This document shows, piece after piece, positions 54,038-64,000 of a stretch of 64,000 bases of DNA. The DNA comes from Paraspadella gotoi (taxonomy: Eukaryota; Animalia; Chaetognatha): NCBI GenBank assembly GCA_051294375.1, contig CM119265.1:17984484-18048483 (forward strand), read 5' to 3'. The first letter of the stretch is position 1. Each line of letters opens with the position of its first letter. Under the pieces are notes generated by a model that ran no database searches, had not been told where the DNA came from, and worked only from the letters and a program-made list of their open reading frames with translations. Position numbers and translations under genes: made by a program.

Positions 54038-54699
54038 TCTCTCTCCTCGCTTTCCGGAGAGAAAAGAGCATCGGAGTTTGCAGCATCTCCCAAAAGATGT
54101 TCGGGGTCACACCGATCTCCCTTAAACTTCTCTCGCTCTCTATCTTCCTCTTCTCCCTCCACTAAGCTTTTTCCTCAGTCTCTAACATTTTTCTCCTTTA
54201 AAATCCGCCATGAAAGTTCAGCCGGAATCTCGAATTGATTTTTTTCCCTCTCTCCCTCTGCTCCCCCTCTTCTCCCCCCCCCCAAAGTTTCTCTCCGTCG
54301 GCGAGTCAAAGACTCACGTGTGTGTGAGTTCATTTGCGACCGACATTTTCATTGGTTCTCCAGAGTCAGATGGTTTTTTTTGCTCTTTGGGCAATGAGCA
54401 TCCCGCTATGTTGGGCCTTGTTGGGTGAATCTTTGTCTGTAACGAGTTTATCCCCCCCCCCGAGTTTTTTTGGTCAAGGTGTCATCAATTTTTTACGCGC
54501 GAGCCTTTAATTTTTTTGAATGATTTGTAACTTCAGCATTTCTTAAATCAAATACTTGTATTTTTGAAAGGTATCTCGTTTTTATCCCGTTTCTGTATAA
54601 TTACGAGCCCCGTCTTTTTTTTTTCATCGGTCCATCGTCATCATCATCATGACATCAGTCGATCTCAGTCATCATCATCATCATCATCATCATCCATCA

Positions 54700-54790
54700 T
54701 CTTCTTCCTTCTTCTTCTTTCTTCTTCTTCTTCTCTTCTTCTTCTCTTCTTCTTCTTCTCTCTTCTTCTTCTTCTTCTTCTTCTTCTTCA
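54700..54790. repeat. (CTT)n microsatellite preceded by (CAT)n
   Basis: Direct, imperfect tandem repeat. Confidence 0.92.
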
Positions 54791-55109
54791 TCATCATTCT
54801 CATCTTCTTCCCGATTCGAAGCCTCGTTATCGTATCTTCTTTCTTCACTGAATCACACAGCGAGGGATCGAGTTTCAAGCTTTTTTCCTAAGAATTGAAA
54901 ATAGTTGTGATTCTTGGTTTTCTATCGAAAAAAAAACCGCTGCTGCTAAATATTTTCGGTTAGAAGAGCGAAACAAGTTATCATTAAATCTCATTTTTAA
55001 ACTAGTACTCTCTCAATAATAAGAAAATAAAAGTACTTTTAAAATGGAGACCCATTTACATAATAATTATTGTCATATCAGGTCGCTTATTATAAAAAAG
55101 AACGTCAAG

Positions 55110-55733
55110 ATGGAAGTGACTAGAAATTCGACGTCACTCACTTCCCAAATTCTCGTCGTCTTCGTTTTGATTCTGAATGTCATCAACACTGCAAACACCA
55201 ATACCATGGACGAGGAGTCACTCAAACATTGCGACGCTTCCTGCACATCGAGCTATTTCTCTGTAAAAAAGTCGGAAAATAATAAAAGAGAACGCCGCCC
55301 CGATGCCTCACAACGCCACGATAACGCGCAACGTGAGAGCGTCGAAAAGGCCGTCAAGAAACTGAACGAACTTAAACGCGAAGCGACGATTGGCGTGGCC
55401 GCCATTTTGGACAAAGTCGACTCGATGCTGGAAAAGCGGTCGAAAGTGGAACCATCGTCTGCATCGTCGTCGTCGTCATCGACCTCGTCGTCATTCGAGC
55501 GTGTTTCCAAATTCGAAGAGGCTCGTCAACTGAGTCGGGAACTCGACCAACTAGTGATGAAAGCGATGACGCTCGTCGACGAGAAACTGGGGGCGATGGC
55601 GATCTCCGCCACGGCGTCGTCGTCGTCGTCGTCGTCGTCTTCTTCTTCGACGAAAACGAGTAATTCTTTGGAAAATGAATTGAAGCCTCGAATACAAAAG
55701 ATTAAGCAAAAAACGAAAAAAATAAATCCCTGA
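55110..55733 (+). CDS. Hypothetical secreted protein / prohormone-like precursor
   Basis: Part of the 229-aa ORF 55044-55733. The ATG at 55110 has good context (aagATGG) and is followed by a signal-peptide-like stretch (QILVVFVLILNVINTA). The ORF also has amphipathic helices, poly-Ser linkers and KR/RR/KK sites. No family recognised. Confidence 0.6.
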   Translation: MEVTRNSTSLTSQILVVFVLILNVINTANTNTMDEESLKHCDASCTSSYFSVKKSENNKRERRPDASQRHDNAQRESVEKAVKKLNELKREATIGVAAILDKVDSMLEKRSKVEPSSASSSSSSTSSSFERVSKFEEARQLSRELDQLVMKAMTLVDEKLGAMAISATASSSSSSSSSSSTKTSNSLENELKPRIQKIKQKTKKINP

Positions 55734-55835
55734 GGTTACTGTATGAGATGACATAAGGAAATCCAAGATGTTATCGGTAGTTAAGCTCTGACGGAAGACT
55801 TGACCGGCGAATACGTCATTCTAGAATAAAACCGA

Positions 55836-56270
55836 TTGGGAAAAAAAAACGGGAGTGGCAGTTCGAGCGTCACTCCCGTCAAAAGAAAGTCAATGACAAT
55901 TTTTGGATTCTTTCCGAGACTTGGAAACATTGAGAGCGAAACGAGAACCGGCCTGGTTAAACTATGGGACCGGACGGGTATTCGCGAAAATATGAGCCGC
56001 AATACTGACGTTAAATGCCCACATGCCACGCCATCGGGCAACGTCCGTCGTCCGGGCTTTATTCGTTTCTTTGATTCCGACAACTCTAGACGCCGTCCAA
56101 TTTGCGGAAATCCCTCGGCCGATCGCCCGGGGTGGGCCGGACGCCGGATGTCCGGGCAAAACGGACGAAAGGACGACTGGTACGACCGACCGACTAATTT
56201 TCTGAAAAAAATGACAAGAGAGGATCTAAGATGTCGAGAGCGAGAGCCTCGCCGATTTAGGTCGGGTTGA
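55836..56270 (+). CDS. Same-frame downstream ORF, probable continuation of the 55110 precursor
   Basis: Same reading frame as 55044-55733, non-repetitive and GC-balanced, with several basic cleavage-like sites (KRK, RR, RRR, GRR, GRK, KK). It is separated from the upstream ORF by 102 bp, with four in-frame stops counting the upstream ORF's TGA. Confidence 0.35.
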   Translation: MGKKNGSGSSSVTPVKRKSMTIFGFFPRLGNIESETRTGLVKLWDRTGIRENMSRNTDVKCPHATPSGNVRRPGFIRFFDSDNSRRRPICGNPSADRPGWAGRRMSGQNGRKDDWYDRPTNFLKKMTREDLRCREREPRRFRSG

Positions 56271-56868
56271 GTGAAGAGAAAGAAAGCGATCGTTGGCTTT
56301 CTTTGATTCTTTGTTTCTTTCTCTCGCAACAGTTATACAGCCTTTGATTGTTTATATTTTTAATGAATTCTTAAATAGTAGAATTTTAGCAAATTTTAAA
56401 AGAAATTTAATACGCGATGAGAGGTTACGAAAACTTGTCGTTTTTCAAGTCTGTATCATGAGAAAGATGATTTATTTTATATTTCCTTCGATTCGACTTA
56501 ATGCATTAGTTATACGTTTGCTCTCCGACATCAAATACCAAAGAGAATCAACAATTTATTGGAAATTTCCTCTCTCTGTCTCTCATCTCTCTCTCTCTCT
56601 CTCCTCTCATCCTTCCTCTCGCTCTCTGTCTCTCAGTCTCCATCTCCATCCAAGTCCTCTCTCTCTCGGTCTTCCTCTTCTTCTCTCTCTCTCAGGGATC
56701 TTTCAGATGCGTCCGTGGTCCATCCGATCAGCCTCTCTCTTCTTCTCTCTCTCTCTCTCTCTGTTTCCTCTTTCCCCATTTTTTACGCCGAAAAATAGCA
56801 TGAGAGACTAAAACCAATTTGCTAATGGGAGCGACCATGTTTTCTGTGGAAGTCCGTTACAAAGAAAT

Positions 56869-56956
<88 letters not shown>

Positions 56957-57255
56957 TTTTTTCTTACAATTTATCCTTTGTTCTTGTCACATATTTTTTG
57001 TCTGCAGTATTTTTTTTTGTTTGGAAAATCGTCTTTCTCCGACCAACCGTCTGTTTAATAGTCACTTGGGTCACTGGACGTTTCAGCCAATCGCTTGTTA
57101 GTTAGTCTATTTGATTTAACGAAATCAATACGATAAAATCCTTTTCGATTTTTACCTCCCGGTTGCAAAAAAGGGGAAAAAAACGCGAGTTCTTTCCGGA
57201 TGAAAAGTATTTAGGAGAGATGAAAACAGTTGAGCAAACGCAGCTAGTCACGAGA

Positions 57256-57375
<120 letters not shown>

Positions 57376-58736
57376 GTGAAAAACGAGGGGAAGGTGCAAC
57401 TTTGGGCAGCTGCATTGGTATAAACTGCGGCGATGGGGGCAGCGGCGGAGGCGGCGGCGGAGGTGGCTGCGGCGGCGGATCGTGGGACAGAACGAGTGGG
57501 ACTTTGGCTTCGGGTCGTAAAGAGTTTCCTTCCTTGACCGTTATTGGCGGCGGCGGCGCTGCCTTCGCAGAGCGCCGCCCCTTAGAGACAAATGGAATAA
57601 AAAGACGGTTCGTATTTGGCGGAAAAGAAAAAAAATTATTCCTAGTAAAATATTATACATAGTGTTTATATAGCTAGAAAAGTTAAGTAATAAAATATTA
57701 GAAATGAAAATAATGTTAATCGTCTTCGTTGCCAAGAAAAATGATCTCAGTTGCACGAAACTTTATAGTTTTATTATTCTAGAAAAAATAGACTTTGCAT
57801 TTCCATTTTATTTTTTAAAAAGACAAATAATATTCAAACAATTTATTTAATTTGTTTATTTCATTTTTTAAATTAATTTTATTTTATTTTATTTATTTTA
57901 TATTGTTTTATTTCTTCAATTTATTTTATTTATTTAATCATATCACTATCATTATAAGATAGATGTTTATGACTCGGAGATGCAATTTCGAGGGGAATTT
58001 CAACGGATTGTGAAGACAGACTATGATTGTGACTTCTTGTTCTACTGATGTGGTTTCAGACAATCCTCATATGGTTTTTATGACACTTTTCGCCCGCTTT
58101 TATTCCATTTCCTTCTCGGCTTTTCACTTTAAAGGACAAATGAAATTTTTCGCTGAAAAAGTGATGGATGTCGTCTTATCGATATCGCTATTTTTAATTC
58201 AAATTTTCCGCGATCAAATTCTGTCTTAAAAGTTTAACTTTTATTTCACAAATGCGCATTCTCTTTAACATTTTTTTCACTAAACATATAATGCGTTTTA
58301 GTCGAAATGAATCTTCACGTGACAGTACGAGAAAATTTCGTCGACGTCACCCTTTTTTTATTTGTTCTCATTTTTTGAAAAAATATTGTAAAAAAAAAAA
58401 AATTGTCAGCCTGTTATTTCCGTTGGGACGGACGGGCCAGTGGCGACGACTGAAAATGTCCTCCGATGACGAAAAAATAAAATAGCGAAGGAAAGTGATA
58501 ATTCTAAATATGACGACAGCGAAAACGTCGGAAAAAAAATCACGTGATGACAAAATCGAGTGACATCGTCGATGTCATCGGAACCGAAGCTTCGGCGGCA
58601 AAACAAATATAAAGAACCACGATTCGTTCGATGCGTCTCTCGCTCTCTCGTGCTGTCTCTGTCTCTCTCTCTCTCTGTCCCTCTTCTCTCTCTTTTCTTT
58701 CAATTTAAAAAACTTACCAGATAAAAATATTATATA

Positions 58737-58858
<122 letters not shown>

Positions 58859-59067
58859 CTCTCTCTGTCTTTAATATAATGATTTGATTTCTAACTTAAA
58901 AATTAAACTAAAACAGATGCACGGACGCACAGCGATTAAGGTACATAACAGAAATCGTAAAAAAAAGCGATCAAAAGATTGAAGTGGGTGAAGGCAGAGG
59001 ATGAGTAGAAGAGGAGAGTAGAAGCGAGGAGGTGAGGTTTACGGTCAAAAATTGTAAGATAACGAAA

Positions 59068-59154
59068 GAAAGGAAAGGAAAGGAAAGGAAAGGAAAGGAA
59101 AGGAAAGGAAAGGAAAGGAAAGGAAAGGAAAGGAAAGGAAAGGAAAGGAAAGGA
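59068..59154. repeat. (GGAAA)n pentanucleotide microsatellite
   Basis: Direct tandem repeat. Confidence 0.95.
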
Positions 59155-59955
59155 TAGAATAGGATAAGGTAAGGTCAGCCGGTAATGTTTTTGGTAATGA
59201 AAACTCGAAACGGGATCGATGGAGAGGATTCGCGCTCAGTTTCGCCGATTCGACGGCCGAGCGCAAAAACAAACAAAACAAAAGGAATCAAAACAAAGAA
59301 TCGAGTCTCGATTGATTCGGAAAGGTGAGGTGCTGACTGATTTGCGAGAGTGGTGGCGAGTGGCGGCGGAAAGAGGAGAGTCGAGGGTGAGGCGGGTCTG
59401 TTTGAAGCGCAGCGGTTGACCGTTGTGAAGAAATGGTTGCTGTTGTTGTCGTTGTTGTTTTGGGCTCAACGCGCGTCGATAAACTTTGCGTTTCGGAGAT
59501 AACGAGTCGGGTTCGGTCTTTCCAAAGAGGTGACTAACGCGAGTGTAAAGGAGCGATTAACGATCGTCGAGTGCAACGGCAAAAGAAAAAAAAGGACAAC
59601 CGAGCTTCATTTCCTTTTTCCTATTTCCTCTTTTTTTTCGGTGGGGGGAAGTGGGGCAGTGGCGGCCTCGTAATTCTGTTTGATGTCTGCTCAAAGTGGT
59701 CATTTCAATTCCAGGGACGAATTGATGGGGGAAACAAAACTGGACGTCAGTCTGCTAAACGAAAAGTAAGCGATCGATGGTCCTCCAGAGGTTTGCAGTT
59801 TATTTGCTTTGAAGCTTACCGATTTTGAAATATTGACTTTTTTGTAAATACTACAATATATTTAACTGTACTTTACTATTTTTTATTTGTGTCAAACACT
59901 CTTTTAATTTAATGCACTATGCTGAACATCGAGGACCGCAAATCACACAACGAAA

Positions 59956-60058
59956 CCAATGACGATGACGTCATAGCGTAGAAATTTTCTGCCGTTTGAC
60001 GTCAGGAGGTTTGACTCTCAAAAACCAGGATCGCGTGCGAACTCAAGAGACGGTAAGT
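59956..60058 (+). promoter_or_regulatory. CCAAT box plus two full CRE sites followed by a splice donor
   Basis: CCAAT at 59956; TGACGTCA at 59966-59973 and 59997-60004; ACG|GTAAGT donor at 60052/60053. Confidence 0.45.
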
Positions 60059-60583
60059 AAGGGAAACGGTCGGCGCCGCTTCCTCCGCAGCGGTAACGCG
60101 GTGACGCTGTGGCTCTTAGCGTTTTTTTTCCCCTATTTTTCCTGTGCCGCTGCTTTGCGCCGTTTCACGGATGCTGCAGCTCGATACTGCCGCTCCATTC
60201 TGCTGCAGGTGCGGCAGCGTCTGGCGGCGTCACTCGAAATCAGCGAAACGATTGTGGCAGGAACGTTCGTTGGAATTACAGGGGGATTCGATTCTTGGCG
60301 ACAACAGAATTCGTTTTTTATTTTATTTTATTTTTTTTTGTTGTCTTTTTCGTTTTAGGGCCATTTTCTCCGAACTTTAACTAATTCCTAACAATCGATT
60401 CATTTGATGTTTTTAAATAATGGTGCACACTGTACAATTTGTTTCTCTAAAATGATTGGTAAATACTTTTATAACATTAAACCAAAGAAAATTATTTGAA
60501 ATAATAAAATTAAACCTACTGTTATTATGATCAGCTGAGAGTAATATGAAGATAGTGCTCTCCATGGGAGAGTTTGAAAAGTT

Positions 60584-60622
<39 letters not shown>

Positions 60623-62792
60623 ACAAATAGAGATACCGAGTGTAAGATTGCGAGAAAATTAATTCGTGTACAAAAAATTCGTATTTTTAATGAGTTAATG
60701 TTTGATAATTTTGGTTATTCGTATACTTGCTTTTTACGAATATTTTGTAAAATTGTATACATATTACGGAATTTATGAAATAAGATTGACTCGTCCCAGA
60801 GAAGTTAAATTTCTGCTCTTTTGTTTTCTCCAACCGAATCAGCGCGCCTCTGACGGAAATTTTTAGAACTAACCCAGCAAAAAGAACACAGTCAAGTAGT
60901 TAAATAGAAAAGGTTTGTTATTCGACTTACCTGTTGACGAGGTTGAGATTTTGGCAGGAAAGAGAGGGTAAAAAAAATTAAGAAAATAATTTTAAAATTA
61001 GCACAATATTTAAAGGTTGGACTGATTTCTCTTTTTGAAGATATCAGGATTAGAAACACTTGTGCCTCTTACGCATTCTGTTATAAGTTTGGTTTTTTTT
61101 AATACTAATTCATAAACTCGAAATACAAACCAATATTTTAAACTATAAATCATTTTCAATCTGTGATTGACTGTATCATCCTCCAAGAAAACTTCACAAC
61201 ATAAAGTACACGACACATTCTCATTCAAGTCTGGTCGACAAAATTCTCCCTTAAGTATCCCGTCGCCAAAGTCTTTTGCGTAAAGTTATTATCATTGAAA
61301 GAAGATCTATATAGAGAGTGAGAGAGAGACGGCGGAAAACGAGACAGTCCGCGTTCAAGAACAAAAGGCGCCAAGTGAGATGTTATTTATGCTAAACGCG
61401 ACGCGAGACGGAAATGAGCGGGCGGGCAGAAATGGCAGGGGAGGAGGCGGTTTGGAAGGGGGCGGGGGGGAAATGTGGGATGTTTATCCTGGTGGTTAAA
61501 GTAGCTTAGTTTAAGGGCCCTTGGGGGAAATTAAAAAGAGGCCGCCGATTAGACGTTGAGGGTTTCAGGAATATTACGAATTATCACGCTAAATAAACAA
61601 CAAAGCCTAATCGCAATGCGATAACAATGAGCGCGAAAAATGTTGGGATGGTGTCTCGGACGCGAGCGCGTTTGTACGTGTCGACGCGCCAAGCAAATCC
61701 TTACCGACGGCGAAGACGATGAGGACGACGANNNNNNNNNNNNNNNNNNNNNNNNNNNNNNNNNNNNNNNNNNNNNNNNNNNNNNNNNNNNNNNNNNNNN
61801 NNNNNNNNNNNNNNNNNNNNNNNNNNNNNNNNNNNNNNNNNNNNNNNNNNNNNNNNNNNNNNNNNNNNNNNNNNNNNNNNNNNNNNNNNNNNNNNNNNNN
61901 NNNNNNNNNNNNNNNNNNNNNNNNNNNNNNNNNNNNNNNNNNNNNNNNNNNNNNNNNNNNNNNNNNNNNNNNNNNNNNNNNNNNNNNNNNNNNNNNNNNN
62001 NNNNNNNNNNNNNNNNNNNNNNNNNNNNNNNNNNNNNNNNNNNNNNNNNNNNNNNNNNNNNNNNNNNNNNNNNNNNNNNNNNNNNNNNNNNNNNNNNNNN
62101 NNNNNNNNNNNNNNNNNNNNNNNNNNNNNNNNNNNNNNNNNNNNNNNNNNNNNNNNNNNAATCCCAATTCGCTATTCCATTCTGTTTATGCGAAGGTTTC
62201 ACCCAATTGAAAAAGAAATAGCACAACAATTGAGATTTTCATTAAACCGAAAACCATTAATCAGCGAGCGAGGGTTTCGCACCTGCCTCCATCTCCCCCG
62301 AGTGCTTCGTCGCCACCGCCGCCTTTCCACAACCCATTAGCGGTTTTAACTTACGACGCCTGACTTCAGCTATTAGTGATCCAGCCAATGAGCTAAATCA
62401 GGCAANNNNNNNNNNNNNNNNNNNNNNNNNNNNNNNNNNNNNNNNNNNNNNNNNNNNNNNNNNNNNNNNNNNNNNNNNNNNNNNNNNNNNNNNNNNNNNN
62501 NNNNNNNNNNNNNNNNNNNNNNNNNNNNNNNNNNNNAGTACTAAGCTATCTTATCGTTTCCACAATGACCTCTCATTCAAATTTTACTTTTCCTTGCTCC
62601 TCTTTCTTGAATCCAACCGATTCCAAAGAGAAAGGCTTTCACGTTCCACTATTTTAATAAAGGGGTCAGTTCTATGAAAACCTCACAATCCAAACGCCCA
62701 ACCCGAGTGAAAAAAAAATTGTCATGCGGCGATGAAAATCTTATCTCGTCGCGGGAGGGAAAAGGAAAGGAGAGTTCGAATTAAACCCTTCC

Positions 62793-62912
<120 letters not shown>

Positions 62913-63125
62913 CTCTCATTCTTTCTTACTCTCTCCGGTCCCCCAGGGATACGCCTTTTCTATTCCGACCGAAGGGTTGACCCGCCTCCAACGGCTAAGC
63001 GAATGCGGAAAAGATAGGGAGTGATAGGTTGAGAGGAAAAGAGTTTAACGTGGAAAAAGAGAGGTAAACGGAGAGAAGTTGAGGAAAGAGGGGCGAAGCG
63101 GAAAAAGAGGGGTTCTAGTGAATGA

Positions 63126-63326
63126 TTAAAAGAAGAGGATGGAAAGAAAACCGGACGAAGGGTTTAAGGATTTAGCGTCATCATCCAAGTGGTTGGCTGC
63201 AGCGGCAAGAAGGGCGGCAGAAGTGTCAGCGGTAAAGGCAGCAGTGGCACGATTATCAGTTGCAGCATCAGGCGTCGCGGCAGCGGCGTCAGGGTTGGCG
63301 GCGAAGCTGAGGGGGCGAAAGAATAG
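63126..63326 (-). other. Candidate terminal exon of an unidentified gene
   Basis: Strong acceptor ttttgttttgcttctaaatacag| at 63326 followed by a GC-rich block with triplet periodicity. Phase 0 reads Ala-rich (LFFRPLSFAANPDAAAATPD...); another phase reads Pro/Leu-rich and hydrophobic. Confidence 0.3.
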
Positions 63327-64000
63327 CTGTATTTAGAAGCAAAACAAAAATAAAAAATAAAATCAAGACCATTTACGCAAATTTTTGTAATTGATTAATT
63401 TCCATCAGGTGGGCAATAGAGCAAATTTTTCCTTCATCTTTTTACGAAATCTGTAGTTCATTATAACGATAAGTTTATGAGTATTCATTCCCTGAACTTC
63501 ATGGAGTCTAGAGAAAAGGTACTGACTCAAATCTCTCTCTCTTAAAAGAAAAAAAAATTACAAGCTTTGCCATTTCCGCTTTGACAAATCATTTGGCATC
63601 GCAAAGATCTTCTTCTTCTTTAAGTATTTTATGTACCCGTTGTAACACCCCCCACCCACACCGCTGCCGATTCTATTATTTTTACTTCCACATCACCACC
63701 CTGATTTCACGATCCTTATGGCTCTTATTTCATTTCATGATTGCAAGGAGGAACTTCCGACATGTCACTCTTGTCTTCATGTCTTCCTCCCTTTTTCCCT
63801 CTATTTCTTGTCTGCTTATTCTTATTCTATAAACCACCTTTTCCTTTTTTTATTTTTCTATTTCTGTTCACTGAACTCATTCTTCCCTTCTCCCTCTACC
63901 ATCTCATTTTTCCCATTCCCTGCACCCCCTCCCATCATATCCTTTTTTTCCTTTTTTCCTTTTTTTTTTTTTTTGCCAAATTCCTCTTCGAAAGAATCGA

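Overview
This is AT-rich, microsatellite-rich eukaryotic (invertebrate metazoan-like) draft scaffold sequence with many N-gaps; it is not prokaryotic, and no CRISPR, rRNA or tRNA was recognised. The one solid gene is a minus-strand, multi-exon Shaw/Kv3 (KCNC-like) voltage-gated K+ channel at about 42.5-48 kb. It has five phase-consistent GT-AG exons, one or two probable N-terminal exons, an atypical S6 hinge (TIP instead of PVP) and a C-terminus that probably continues past a 1-bp frameshift to a PDZ-type end (ESAI). A 612-bp foldback MITE with a perfect 8-bp target-site duplication lies in its last intron. At 55.1-56.3 kb (+) is an unrecognised secreted-protein or prohormone-like locus with a signal peptide, helical repeats separated by poly-Ser and dibasic sites, broken by stops. 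The 12.9-33.9 kb region consists largely of indel-rich near-duplicates, most likely long-read gap-fill artefacts. Most ORFs in the supplied track are simple-repeat noise.
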